Virus record (IMG/VR): IMGVR_UViG_3300042691_040811 | Origin: a virus | Taxonomy: Duplodnaviria > Heunggongvirae > Uroviricota > Caudoviricetes | Direction: 5' to 3' (one strand) | DNA length: 64,000 bases | Shown: positions 45,710-54,745 of the stretch, one piece after another | How the letters are laid out: the number at the start of each line of letters is the position of its first letter | How positions within the stretch are numbered: position 1 is the first letter of the stretch | Translations under genes and position numbers: made by a program | The notes under the pieces: model-generated | The model's input: only the letters and a program-made list of their open reading frames with translations | The model's database searches: none | Told to the model about the DNA's origin: nothing

Positions 45710-46442
45710 CCTACTACTTTCAGTTTCCTGAACCGATCTTTGGGGATCGTTGTAGTCTGGACTATATCTTCACCTACAGCTTTACCTGTTTAGGTGCTCA
45801 GTGCATAGTCTCTGAACCTTTCCCTGTACGGGGCTCGGCTGCTGATTGCCCAATTTCCCATAGTTTTTCAACTGTCACGCCCGTTGTTTCCAACCACGTT
45901 GTAGTCATGGGAACTATAAGGGTTTTCCAGCAATTCTCTGAGTTCTCATTCTTTGATTTCTCAAAGATGACTCTCTGGAGATCCAGGAATTGGTGAAGCC
46001 GATTGTGCCAAGTCCTTGTCATAACCACAAGATTCTCAACTGAGTTGTTTTTAGGGTTGTTGTCCATGTGATGGACTACTTCATTGTAGTGAAGTTTCCT
46101 GCCTAAAATAGACTCGGCTATGTTCCTATGGGTTAATCCAGGAGTGCTAATGTAGTTGTGAGTGGCTGTCTCTAAGGATTTTAACCTTACGAGTTCTTTG
46201 TAGCAATCGGAGCAAATCCTTTGAGGTTTTCTCCAAGCCTTGTAAGGTTTCTTACAGGCTTCACACTGCTTGTCCCACATATACCTGGGTTTGGATCTGG
46301 CAATTGCCTTCAACCTTTCCAAGTTACAACTATGACACAAACGACGACCTGCCTCCCTGGGGCCTCCGCAATTTTTACAAATCAGGCTTTTCTTCACTTT
46401 CCTGAAAGGGAAAGGTGCATTTTACCAGATCAGTAAAGGCCG
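45710..46442 (-). other. group I-like intron in tRNA-Leu(UAA) anticodon loop, carries HNH endonuclease ORF
   Basis: See tRNA feature. Position U34/A35, U at -1 and terminal G match the cyanobacterial/plastid trnL(UAA) intron. Confidence 0.6.
45798..46397 (-). CDS. HNH homing endonuclease (intron-encoded)
   Basis: N-terminal Cys-rich zinc fingers CKNCGG...CHSCN...CEACKK...CSDC. HNH motif HHMDNNPKNNSVENLVVMTRTWHNRLH. GTG start. Confidence 0.8.
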   Translation of the reverse strand: MKKSLICKNCGGPREAGRRLCHSCNLERLKAIARSKPRYMWDKQCEACKKPYKAWRKPQRICSDCYKELVRLKSLETATHNYISTPGLTHRNIAESILGRKLHYNEVVHHMDNNPKNNSVENLVVMTRTWHNRLHQFLDLQRVIFEKSKNENSENCWKTLIVPMTTTWLETTGVTVEKLWEIGQSAAEPRTGKGSETMH

Positions 46443-46750
46443 AAGATCGTTACGTCTACCCGATTCCGTCATGCCCCCGCAGTCAACCTTCCCTGGGAGC
46501 TTTACCCCTTAGTCACTCACTCATCGTTCCCTCCTGTGCGTCTGTCCCCTAATCATACTGCCTTGAGAGGCAGGTGGCAACCCCTCTCAGGCATTGGAAG
46601 GGGAAGACATTGTTAAAGGGTGATAGGGGGTCCCTGGGGCGGCAAGGCCATAGGCCCCTTTCAGAACCTGTTCCGGTTTGGCCCGGACTGCCCTTGCCCC
46701 CTCTATTATAGCCATTGGCTGTTAAAATAAGTGATTTAATTGTAAAGAAA

Positions 46751-47242
46751 TTAGGAAAAAGCAGGGTCCAATAGTAGATTTAGCATTTCCTGAATAACCC
46801 CATAAACAGAATCCTCCTTAGAGAAGGAAAACTTTTGCATAGCCTTGCTATCAATCCAGTCCCTAATCCCTGTGCCAAACTCGGTGGAACGAGCATACCA
46901 ATCACATACCATTTCCGCCACATAGACCCGTGGCATGTCGTGAATGCTTCCCCAGTGCTCTGGATGATGGGGGTTTATAGCCTGATGGTGCTTTACCACT
47001 TCAGGAAGCAAAGGATCTCCGTAAAACAAATGGGCAAATTCTATCCCTTTGAATTTAGAATTGTCATGAATCTGCCCATTGGCAATGAGGTTGCGACCCA
47101 ACTCAATCTCACCACGTTTCATCAACTTGATACCGAGCCTGTAGGTAAACTTCTGAACGTTCCTAATATGGTTAACAACCATCTCAATCTTTTCGATGGC
47201 ATCTTGTTCGATAGTTGCCTGTGGTTCTTTAGTATCGTCCAT
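46751..47242 (-). CDS. hypothetical protein (His-rich)
   Basis: 163 aa. Confidence 0.45.
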   Translation of the reverse strand: MDDTKEPQATIEQDAIEKIEMVVNHIRNVQKFTYRLGIKLMKRGEIELGRNLIANGQIHDNSKFKGIEFAHLFYGDPLLPEVVKHHQAINPHHPEHWGSIHDMPRVYVAEMVCDWYARSTEFGTGIRDWIDSKAMQKFSFSKEDSVYGVIQEMLNLLLDPAFS

Positions 47243-47261
47243 GGATAGTTAATAACTTATA

Positions 47262-47292
47262 GAAAAAACCCCGCCCCCATAAAGAGGCGAGG
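47262..47292 (-). terminator. rho-independent terminator
   Basis: Minus: cgcctc-tttatgg-gggcgggg then T6. Confidence 0.5.
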
Positions 47293-47316
47293 TTGCTTTG
47301 GGATAAAGTCCACCAA

Positions 47317-47688
47317 TCAATACGCCATGCTCTTATCACCCCTCTGCAGGGCATTCATGGCAAACCATGTTTCAATGCAGGCATCGTGGTAGCGGCCATC
47401 CTTAATAGAATTCTTGAAATTCGTATAATCAAGGTTGAGAACTTCGGCAGCCATAGCCTTAGCTACTTCCTCACGGGGAACCCGTGCACGGAACGCATAA
47501 TCTGCATTGGGGGTCCAATCAACCTCCACATCAGGAAAAACATTCTCAATGTGTCCGGCCTTACGAGCACGGACCAGAAGTCGTCCCCCCTCCGGATTTT
47601 CCTTATCAGCGACGACCGAAAGAAAAGAATTGCTGAGAAAAACCCACATGTTGATTAAAGCGATTTTGCGTTTTGAAAATTTCTCCAA
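47317..47688 (-). CDS. hypothetical protein
   Basis: 123 aa. Confidence 0.45.
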   Translation of the reverse strand: MEKFSKRKIALINMWVFLSNSFLSVVADKENPEGGRLLVRARKAGHIENVFPDVEVDWTPNADYAFRARVPREEVAKAMAAEVLNLDYTNFKNSIKDGRYHDACIETWFAMNALQRGDKSMAY

Positions 47689-47708
47689 AGGTTAAACCAA
47701 GGAGAAAA

Positions 47709-47790
47709 TACCCACCGGGGGACTTGAACCCCCACAGCCGAAGCCACTGGAACCTAAAACCAGCACGTCTACCAATTCCGTCAGGTGGGC
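47709..47790 (-). tRNA. tRNA-Leu(UAG)
   Basis: 82 nt gcccacctgacggaattggtagacgtgctggtttTAGgttccagtggcttcggctgtgggggttcaagtcccccggtgggta; U-U at 31-39; class II variable arm. Confidence 0.65.
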
Positions 47791-47848
47791 GTATGATAAC
47801 CATACCCATTATAGGGCAGGGGCGGTCAGAAGTCAACTTGCCTTTGGG

Positions 47849-48115
47849 TCAGTATTCACTCGGGGTAAGAGCCTCTCTTGCAGCCTTAAGCAAATCCTCA
47901 ACCACTTGAGATTTGTCATCTTCAGAGAGACCCTCCCACTCTTCTACAAAGTCATCGGGGTATTTAGAATGAACCCAAACTTTGCAGACGTCGTTAAGGT
48001 AAAACTCTTCGTCCAGGGCATATACTGAGAGAAGCTTATTAAGGAGGTGTTCAAAGCAGTAATCGTCGATGGGGCCAGTGTAGTAGTATCCGTCAATGGA
48101 ACCAGTATAGGGCAT
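47849..48115 (-). CDS. hypothetical protein
   Basis: 88 aa; downstream of 3x47-bp repeat/promoter. Confidence 0.45.
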   Translation of the reverse strand: MPYTGSIDGYYYTGPIDDYCFEHLLNKLLSVYALDEEFYLNDVCKVWVHSKYPDDFVEEWEGLSEDDKSQVVEDLLKAAREALTPSEY

Positions 48116-48119
48116 TGCT

Positions 48120-48160
48120 TTCTTAGCTATAGGACTCTGAGCCCCGGACTCCTTAATTGT
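48120..48160 (-). promoter_or_regulatory. conserved promoter -10 region (proximal to repeat array)
   Basis: ccttaattgtagcacc. Confidence 0.5.
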
Positions 48161-48164
48161 AGCA

Positions 48165-48305
48165 CCTTGCTCCCAGAGTTGGCAACCCCTGGAGCCTCAG
48201 CACCGGGGCAGCCTTGCTCCCAGAGTTGGCAACCCCTGGAGCCTCAGCACCGGGGCAGCCTTGCTCCCAGGGTTGGCAACCCTTGGAACCTCAGCACCGG
48301 GGCAA
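48165..48305. repeat. 3 x 47-bp direct tandem repeat (promoter-distal half-units)
   Basis: ccttgctcccagagttggcaacccctggagcctcagcaccggggcag x2 exact, third copy 5 mismatches. Confidence 0.9.
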
Positions 48306-48324
48306 CCCCGGAGCCCCCCAGGGA

Positions 48325-48639
48325 TCAGAGGGTGAAGCAAAGACCCGTCACATCCTCGCAAACACGCTTCAGCCTATCAGCATAGACCATTTCCTGGCTC
48401 CAAACCTCGGGGCAAGCAAGGGTGCGCTTGTTGTAACGATAGCCTTTCAGATCATAAAGATCGCTACCCTCATTGTAAGTGAGCTTAAGGTGGCTGATCT
48501 TATTTTTACCGGTCTGGCGCTTAAAGTGAAGGGTGGCCGAGTTGGTGTCGTTGTCGTAGATAATCTGGGCGCCGGTCATGGCACAGATGGGGCCGATGCC
48601 ACCGGCCTGATTGAGCATGGTGCGGATAACGTCGTTCAT
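48325..48639 (-). CDS. hypothetical protein
   Basis: 104 aa. Confidence 0.45.
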   Translation of the reverse strand: MNDVIRTMLNQAGGIGPICAMTGAQIIYDNDTNSATLHFKRQTGKNKISHLKLTYNEGSDLYDLKGYRYNKRTLACPEVWSQEMVYADRLKRVCEDVTGLCFTL

Positions 48640-48654
48640 TTTTCCGGGGCTGTG

Positions 48655-48775
48655 GCAGCTCTGGCCGCCTTACCCCAGTATTGTAGCACCTTGCCTTAGG
48701 GTTGGCAACTGTCGGGGGTTAAGGGGGCAAGGTGCTTGCCCCCCAGTGCTGGCAACTACTGGGGTTTTAGCTGGA
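48655..48775 (-). promoter_or_regulatory. conserved promoter + hairpin + upstream half-unit
   Basis: ggctgtggcagctctggccgcc, gtattgtagcacc, ggttggcaac, then gggggcaaggtgcttgccccccagtgctggcaac. Confidence 0.6.
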
Positions 48776-49118
48776 GGGCAAGCCCCTGCAGAGCGTTCCA
48801 ACAGGTCGGGTCCCCGCTGATCGGCCTTGTCTCCCACGGGGGCATCGCTGCCTCAACTACACCCTCTGACACATCCTCAGGGTATTTAGACAAGATTGTT
48901 TTAATTGTGTAGAGCAACTTTGTCAGGAAAACACTGTCGCTACCTGCGCAGTAATCCACAGAAGGTCCACAAGAACCTTCCCTCCAAGCAATTGCTCTTA
49001 CACCGAATAAAACTGGCCACACCCCGATTTTCCAAATCCCCTTAGGCAGACTCTGCCAAATTGCGGTGTAGCCTTCTATGTCTGATTGTTCAGCTTCGGT
49101 GAATTCCATTTTGCTCAA
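48756..49118 (-). CDS. hypothetical protein
   Basis: 120 aa. Confidence 0.4.
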   Translation of the reverse strand: MSKMEFTEAEQSDIEGYTAIWQSLPKGIWKIGVWPVLFGVRAIAWREGSCGPSVDYCAGSDSVFLTKLLYTIKTILSKYPEDVSEGVVEAAMPPWETRPISGDPTCWNALQGLALQLKPQ

Positions 49119-49311
49119 AGTTTTTTGAAATTTCTTAAAATTGTATGACTACAATTAAGTGATAGGGTAAGATACTGAGGTGTTAGGCAAAGAAGAACAG
49201 TGTCAGTTTAACACACTTATATAGGGGGCTAGAGTTTTTACTGTTTCCTCTAGCCGGTAACTGAAGGGTTGTGCTTGGTAACATGTGCAACCCCACCCTT
49301 TGCACCCAGGG

Positions 49312-50436
49312 TTAATAACCCTCATCCTTGGTCTCCCGGAGGGAGACTCCGACCGGGAAGATGGGGACACCGCTTTTGCTCAATTCCTGGTATCTCACGG
49401 TGAGGAAAGGATTGGTGGCAAGAATCGCCTCACGGTTATCGTAGAGGGAACGCCGGTATTCCATGTCACCTTCCATTACACACGTAAACGTGTCGGCATC
49501 CGTCGCTTTGCAGACAAAGATGGCAACACCTTTGAACCTTCCCCCTCCCTCCACAATATCCAAAATCTGAAACTCAGAGTCTACGAAATCTTTGAGTTTT
49601 TGAAGTTGGTTGTTGCGGTGGCCAATGTCATACCCTTCAAGGTCAAACCTGACCATAGAACCTTCGAACCCCCTTCCCACAAACTCGTTATGGTGAAATA
49701 GCACATCTTCGTGGCTTTCCACCAAGACCGTAGGGGTTAGAACTACTTGGGGTGCCGCTGGGAGGATGCTTTTTAGGGTGGAGAACCTCTCTGAGAAAAC
49801 CCTCAATGGGTCAATGATGTCATAAACCCAATATACCAAAGTGGGGGAAAGTTCTGGGCGGAATTTTTTAATTGCCGTCATTGTTTTCTGGAGCAAGGGG
49901 TTGCCCGGCAAAATAAGCTCCCCATCGAGAATCACCCCATCAGGAAGCCCCTTTAGCTCTGATGCAATGTGCTGGATACATTCAGGGATAATCAATTTGC
50001 CGCCACGGGACCAACCCTTATGACCATCAAAGAGCATACGTTGGCCGTTCAATTTTGGTTGAACGTAGGCAGGCCAAGTCACCTTGTGACCCCGTTCAGA
50101 GAGCTTATGAGCCAACATGGGCAACGGCAAAACTTCTGATTTTTTACCAACCTCCGCATAACCCTTATCGATCTGCTTCTTGTAGTCCCGTTCAATTTCC
50201 AAATAAGCTTGATGCTCCGGAAGCACTTCGTTAGAGCGACCCACGTTCTTACCTTCCACAAGAAAGGGCTCACTGTGTTGAACGGTGGATTGTGAACCGT
50301 CAGAATTAGTTTGCCAATAGGACGACTGGTTGTACCAGTTGCCGTTGTCGTCGCAAAGAACGTGCCCTTGCCAAAACTTTGCCTTCCCCGTCCTTGTCTG
50401 GGATTGAAGAATTGGCGTGCTGTACAACTTTTCCAT
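49312..50436 (-). CDS. ATP-dependent DNA ligase-like nucleotidyltransferase (T7-type, variant motif I)
   Basis: Motif I KLNGQR (KxDG with D to N), motif III GVILDGELIL, motif IV FEGSMVRFD, motif V NQLQKLKDF, in the order expected for small phage ligases. Confidence 0.6.
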   Translation of the reverse strand: MEKLYSTPILQSQTRTGKAKFWQGHVLCDDNGNWYNQSSYWQTNSDGSQSTVQHSEPFLVEGKNVGRSNEVLPEHQAYLEIERDYKKQIDKGYAEVGKKSEVLPLPMLAHKLSERGHKVTWPAYVQPKLNGQRMLFDGHKGWSRGGKLIIPECIQHIASELKGLPDGVILDGELILPGNPLLQKTMTAIKKFRPELSPTLVYWVYDIIDPLRVFSERFSTLKSILPAAPQVVLTPTVLVESHEDVLFHHNEFVGRGFEGSMVRFDLEGYDIGHRNNQLQKLKDFVDSEFQILDIVEGGGRFKGVAIFVCKATDADTFTCVMEGDMEYRRSLYDNREAILATNPFLTVRYQELSKSGVPIFPVGVSLRETKDEGY

Positions 50437-50472
50437 TTTGCTTCAAGTATTTTTTAAAGTTAAGAATAGAGG

Positions 50473-50832
50473 TCAAGCAATAAGGCGGCGCTCTGCCATG
50501 CGAATCCGGCGAGCCTCCTGAGCATCATAGGCCCCCAGAACTTGTGCATAGAGGGGGTGATCCTTCTTCACCCGAATCCGATCCTTTTCGAAATAGTCGG
50601 TCATGGTATCGGTGTCGTTTTCCACAGTAAACGCCTCCTTGACTTCGGCGGAGAACCCGGTATACTCACGGGCGTAGATTGTGATAGTCTCACTGTCGAA
50701 ACCATACTTCTCCATTGCCCAAGCAACAAGGTTACCCTTGGAAAAGTGGGCCTTCTGAAGCTTGCCCCCGTTGGCCTTGATGCCGTTATAGAAGAATTTC
50801 AGAGTGGGGGAGGAGATGGCGGCAGCGGTCAT
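50473..50832 (-). CDS. hypothetical protein
   Basis: 119 aa. Confidence 0.45.
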   Translation of the reverse strand: MTAAAISSPTLKFFYNGIKANGGKLQKAHFSKGNLVAWAMEKYGFDSETITIYAREYTGFSAEVKEAFTVENDTDTMTDYFEKDRIRVKKDHPLYAQVLGAYDAQEARRIRMAERRLIA

Positions 50833-50839
50833 GGGTCTG

Positions 50840-50990
50840 AAGCGGTGGCGGCTGTGCCGCCTTACCTAAACATTGTAGCACCTTGCGACGGGAGTTGGCA
50901 ACCATTGGAACCTTAGAGCCGGGAGGGGGGGCAACCCTGCTCTTATGGCTGACAACTCTTGGAACCTCAGCGCCGGGGCAACCTTAGCTG
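50840..50990 (-). promoter_or_regulatory. conserved promoter + hairpin + 2 upstream half-units
   Basis: gtggcggctgtgccgcc, aacattgtagcacc, gagttggcaacc, then gggcaaccctgctcttatggctgacaactcttggaacctcagcgccggggcaacctt. Confidence 0.6.
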
Positions 50991-51283
50991 AAAAAATCCC
51001 ACATCATGTGATAGTATCCTTCATTAATGGAATTCCAAAAATTCATGGCCCCATCTCCCATAGTCCAATGGGATTTATCGCAGAAAGTGCTATGAACCCT
51101 CAGGTTGTTCTTTGGAACCTTATCTTCTAAATCGGAATCATTCAGAATAAACATCCGATACCACCAACTCTTGTAGGCAACTACAACCCTACCCCAGTAG
51201 TAGGGTTGAAACCCCAGACTATCCCGAACCTCTTCCAAAGTCTCCAGGATGTAGTTTTTAGCGTATCCGTTTAGGTCTGCCAT
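50984..51283 (-). CDS. hypothetical protein
   Basis: 99 aa. Confidence 0.4.
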   Translation of the reverse strand: MADLNGYAKNYILETLEEVRDSLGFQPYYWGRVVVAYKSWWYRMFILNDSDLEDKVPKNNLRVHSTFCDKSHWTMGDGAMNFWNSINEGYYHMMWDFFS

Positions 51284-51307
51284 GGTTGTTTGCCTATCAC
51301 CACCCCA

Positions 51308-51919
51308 CTATAGCATGTCATCTTCGCGGTTGCAACCCCACGTATACTCCGTCTTCCACCTGTAAAAACCCTGTTCAACTAAAGGTTTTACATAGCCCTC
51401 AGCTTCCCTTCTAGTAAGAAATACTTGAATGCCACGCTTATCACAACACGGTTTTAACCTGTAGTCAGAAGTAAATGCTTTATGTTTGGTTATCTTTCCC
51501 TTAGCATATCTATAGATTTCCATTTCATGCGGAATACTGTAAGGCATTGATTCCCCTTCCCCCTCCAATGTTACCACCTCAGAAACCCAACCACCCCTAT
51601 ACACTAAAGAAGATGTTCTAAGGGAATTTTCAGGTATATTGACTTTTGCTATTAGATACTTGTCAGCGCAATCTGGGTTAAATAGAACTTTGAATGCTTC
51701 AAATGACCCCCTTTCTGGAAAATAGTCGAAGTAAGGTAGCGTAGCATTATAGAAGGAGGTTCCCCCATCCATCCGTGCCCCGTAGAACAGCGCTCCTTCC
51801 AAATGTGCGTAATTGAAAGATGCCCTTCTAAGGTCAGCTCCCCTAAAGTCAAAACCTCTCAGGTCTGCACGGTCAAAGTTATTTTCGTAATAACTTGCAG
51901 GTTTTTCCATAGTGATCAA
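51308..51919 (-). CDS. pentapeptide-repeat protein with C-terminal domain
   Basis: FDRADLRGFDFRGADLRRASFNYAHLEGALFYGARMDG = A(D/N)LXX repeats. Confidence 0.65.
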   Translation of the reverse strand: MITMEKPASYYENNFDRADLRGFDFRGADLRRASFNYAHLEGALFYGARMDGGTSFYNATLPYFDYFPERGSFEAFKVLFNPDCADKYLIAKVNIPENSLRTSSLVYRGGWVSEVVTLEGEGESMPYSIPHEMEIYRYAKGKITKHKAFTSDYRLKPCCDKRGIQVFLTRREAEGYVKPLVEQGFYRWKTEYTWGCNREDDML

Positions 51920-52548
51920 TAAAGGACGCAGCGGAAAAGGCGCACATGGTGCCGGGTGGATTTAACTCCGATGCCGTCGCTAAGCTTGGCTGAAACGCTG
52001 TCAATCTCCTCACAAGACCAATACCTTTTACTTCCCATCTTTTCAGGGATAGCGTCAATAGCTAATTTCAGTAATTGTACGGAGGGAAAGAACCATTCCT
52101 CACCGTTCAACCCTGCATCTGCCATCTTTTCGAAAACCTTGCTCCTATGAACCCAGGTCGAGTAAACTTCGGTGCTATCGGGGGCTACAAGCAACGCCAT
52201 CCCCCCACTTTTCTTAAGCAGAATAGACCCATCATCCAACTCCTCCCCCACCTCAATGTCTTCGACACTGGTGCTACTACAAAATTTCAAATTTTCCTTT
52301 TGCACCCTAAGCTCATTTTCCAACCTTTCAATTTCTTTGAGAATCTCCCTGCGGTTGCCCCCATCTATTTTCACAATGTCCAGAGGACTTTCTGTGTTCC
52401 AAAACCTTCCATCAAAGGTATATCTCTTTCCGCACACCATGAAGGCATAGGCAGAAGTGTGATCGTGCAAGGTGGCAAAACCTTTCTCAGTTTCCCCGTT
52501 CCGGTACGTCACCCTGACCCCCCCTTCCCCTTTTCCAGGAACTTCCAA
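51916..52548 (-). CDS. hypothetical protein
   Basis: 210 aa. Confidence 0.45.
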   Translation of the reverse strand: MEVPGKGEGGVRVTYRNGETEKGFATLHDHTSAYAFMVCGKRYTFDGRFWNTESPLDIVKIDGGNRREILKEIERLENELRVQKENLKFCSSTSVEDIEVGEELDDGSILLKKSGGMALLVAPDSTEVYSTWVHRSKVFEKMADAGLNGEEWFFPSVQLLKLAIDAIPEKMGSKRYWSCEEIDSVSAKLSDGIGVKSTRHHVRLFRCVLY

Positions 52549-52847
52549 AGGTTTATTTCGGGTTGTTCCTTTTCAACCTCAATAGCAGATTTATCCTCAG
52601 AGTTCATGGCTTTGATCTTCACTACTTTTTTAAAAGTTTCTTTCCAATAGGACGGGTTGCCCATAACATGCCCATCACTGTAAAAATGTCTATAAAAAGA
52701 CACCTTCTCGCCGTGCCTTAAATAGCTGCCAACTATTATGTGGTTGGCAAACCACTCAACTCTACCTTTAAAACAATCACCATTATCAAATACCCCTACA
52801 ACATCTTTACCTACAAAATCAGATAGATTGATTTGGGTTGTTTCCAT
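52509..52847 (-). CDS. hypothetical protein
   Basis: 112 aa. Confidence 0.4.
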   Translation of the reverse strand: METTQINLSDFVGKDVVGVFDNGDCFKGRVEWFANHIIVGSYLRHGEKVSFYRHFYSDGHVMGNPSYWKETFKKVVKIKAMNSEDKSAIEVEKEQPEINLWKFLEKGKGGSG

Positions 52848-52890
52848 GGTGAATCAAAGTGTTAGAATTTTTTTGAAAAATTTCCAATGT

Positions 52891-53250
52891 TTAACTCTTT
52901 AAGGAGTTGATGTATTTGATAACACTGTCAAGTTTGTCATCTACATCCTTCCCCATACCTATGCGCTTAACCAATTCAACAATCTCCTTTGCTTGCTGAA
53001 CGACTAATGATAGGGGTTTATCCTCGTCGCTAGGCAAAGATACAATTTTTCCTTCCAAGCTATCCCACCCTGTCAAGGTCACGGTGTTCAACCATTTCTT
53101 ACTCTCCAAGTACTGCAAATACTCGTCAAGAGTTTTCTCGGCAGTTTCACTGAAAGGGCTGCCTTTATAGGAACCTAAGTAGAAGCCTAAAGACTTGACA
53201 AGATCCTTAGCGATCTCTTCCAGTTCTTTGTGAATTTTCTGAGTTTTCAT
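52891..53250 (-). CDS. hypothetical protein
   Basis: 119 aa. Confidence 0.4.
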   Translation of the reverse strand: MKTQKIHKELEEIAKDLVKSLGFYLGSYKGSPFSETAEKTLDEYLQYLESKKWLNTVTLTGWDSLEGKIVSLPSDEDKPLSLVVQQAKEIVELVKRIGMGKDVDDKLDSVIKYINSLKS

Positions 53251-53355
53251 TGTTTTCAGACGAAAGTTTTTACTGTTTGCCGTAGAAATTCAAAGGTTAA
53301 ACTCTTTAAGGAAATTAGCAAGGTCTCCCATAGCTTCCTGCATCGTGTCAAAACC

Positions 53356-53595
53356 CTACCATTCCCCATCACTTCTTTTAGACGGGTTGCCTATCGGAAA
53401 TGACCATCCAGGCGGTACCTTAGGTGACTGGTCGGGGACAACGTAAGAAATAATCTTACCTTTTTCAGCTTCAGCTAAGGCCTCGCAAAATAATCCTACC
53501 GCATTTCTTATAACCTCAGCGGTGGAAATTCCATATCTCTCTGATAGGCTATTAAGTAGCCTCAAAAATTCGTCTTTTTCTTTGGATACGCCCAT
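53356..53595 (-). CDS. hypothetical small protein (possible RHH/helical DNA binder)
   Basis: 79 aa. Confidence 0.35.
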   Translation of the reverse strand: MGVSKEKDEFLRLLNSLSERYGISTAEVIRNAVGLFCEALAEAEKGKIISYVVPDQSPKVPPGWSFPIGNPSKRSDGEW

Positions 53596-53601
53596 GGTAA
53601 C

Positions 53602-54009
53602 TCAACAATCCCCGTTTTCATCACAGTCACTTAAATCTGGACCCGTTGTATCAATCACTACCTCCCCTAAAGTAATGACCCCGTTTACATAACTACTATT
53701 GGCAGCGGTGATAGGTTCGGAAAGTTCGTGAACGTGACCCATAGACGGTATATTACCCTGGATGTCACTGAGGCGAATAGCACCGATGCTACCAGAGTCT
53801 ACCTCATAAGGATTTCCAAATTGATCTATGTATTCTCCGTCCCCGTAAGCAGTTCTGTAAGAAACGAACTGCCTTCCATCTTTGAGACGGAACTCACCCA
53901 TAATCTCCTCTTCAGAGTCACCAGGAAACATGAGATCACCGACCTCACCCCAAACGTCAATCATGACGTAACCTAGGTCACCAATCCACCAAGACTCAGT
54001 GCTGTTCAT
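53602..54009 (-). CDS. hypothetical acidic protein
   Basis: 135 aa. Confidence 0.4.
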   Translation of the reverse strand: MNSTESWWIGDLGYVMIDVWGEVGDLMFPGDSEEEIMGEFRLKDGRQFVSYRTAYGDGEYIDQFGNPYEVDSGSIGAIRLSDIQGNIPSMGHVHELSEPITAANSSYVNGVITLGEVVIDTTGPDLSDCDENGDC

Positions 54010-54021
54010 TTCTTTATTGGT

Positions 54022-54219
54022 TTAGTTTTCGCTGGATTGGTTGGGACCCTTATCTCTACACTTGAGTTTAGGCCAGCCGTAATCGTGAGAAAAGCAGATT
54101 GCAGGGCGGCAAGGAGTCTCCGTGCGCCATTGCTCTGCGTAGAGACGCAGTGCGTAGGCCTCAATTTCGGACTCGGGGCTAATAACTAGCGTTCCTTCGT
54201 AGGTGATGGTGGCTTTCAT
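54022..54219 (-). CDS. hypothetical protein
   Basis: 65 aa. Confidence 0.3.
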   Translation of the reverse strand: MKATITYEGTLVISPESEIEAYALRLYAEQWRTETPCRPAICFSHDYGWPKLKCRDKGPNQSSEN

Positions 54220-54282
54220 CTCTTAAGTGCTAAAGTGTGCATGTTTACAGAGTGTTACCTTTGGGTCCCGGTAGCAAGGTAG

Positions 54283-54645
54283 TTAAACATTGGCGACGGC
54301 CTTAGGGGAAGTCCACCAAGTCCCTTTAAGTCTCTCTCCCCGACGCCCCACGATAACGGGCAAATCCCCAACCATTTCCACCACCGTTTCAACACCATAG
54401 ACTTCGATGGTAGGGGCATAGGTATTAGAGTTGACCCAACGCTTACGACCTGTAAAGCGACCGATGCGGCGCAGCCCGTGCGGCCCATTCATCTGAAACT
54501 CCCCTTCATCCAGGCAAAGGTCTTGCTCCGGCCTGGGGGAAATGTCCCACCATTGCTTACATGGGGTGCCGCAGGGGGAAGCCGAGTAACGGAAATTGTC
54601 AGAGCGGGTGACGATGGGCGTGGTGACGGAGGTTGCGTAAGCCAT
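54283..54645 (-). CDS. hypothetical protein
   Basis: 120 aa; after promoter 54676-54745. Confidence 0.45.
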   Translation of the reverse strand: MAYATSVTTPIVTRSDNFRYSASPCGTPCKQWWDISPRPEQDLCLDEGEFQMNGPHGLRRIGRFTGRKRWVNSNTYAPTIEVYGVETVVEMVGDLPVIVGRRGERLKGTWWTSPKAVANV

Positions 54646-54675
54646 CTTGCTCCTTGCGGTGGGGTCTAAGGCAGG

Positions 54676-54745
54676 GTGGCGACTCAGGCCGCCTCACCCC
54701 TAAATTGTAGCATGTTCCCCCGGTGCTTGCAACGTGAAGGGAGGT
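54676..54745 (-). promoter_or_regulatory. conserved promoter + hairpin
   Basis: ggtggcgactcaggccgcc, aaattgtagcatg, gtgcttgcaacg. Confidence 0.55.

Larger units (their letters stand above)
45661..46478 (-). tRNA. tRNA-Leu(UAA) interrupted by a 733-bp group I-type intron
   Basis: 5' exon (46478..46443) gggggcatgacggaatcgggtagacgtaacgatctt; 3' exon (45709..45661) aaaatcgtcggccgtaaggctgtgggggttcaagtccccctgccccca. Joined gives an 85-nt class II tRNA with anticodon loop cuUAAaa. Insertion between U34 and A35; exon -1 is U and intron ends in G. Confidence 0.7.

Noticed and set aside
45625-45996. Plus-strand ORF 45625..45996
   Set aside because: It overlaps tRNA-Leu(UAA) exon 2 and the intron and is antisense to the HNH ORF.
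45661-47790. Shared 22-nt tRNA 3' segment (gggggacttgaacccccacagcc) at 45662 and 47710 as attL/attR of an integrated element
   Set aside because: The two copies belong to two different, complete leucine tRNAs: the UAA exon 2 and the UAG gene. Their acceptor stems differ, so this is isoacceptor paralogy, not an integration duplication. No integrase in between.
48165-48305. Possible CRISPR array (direct repeats of 47 bp)
   Set aside because: Repeats are directly contiguous with no unique spacers. The unit is the -35/operator half of the recurrent promoter, and similar arrays sit in front of several genes. No cas genes.
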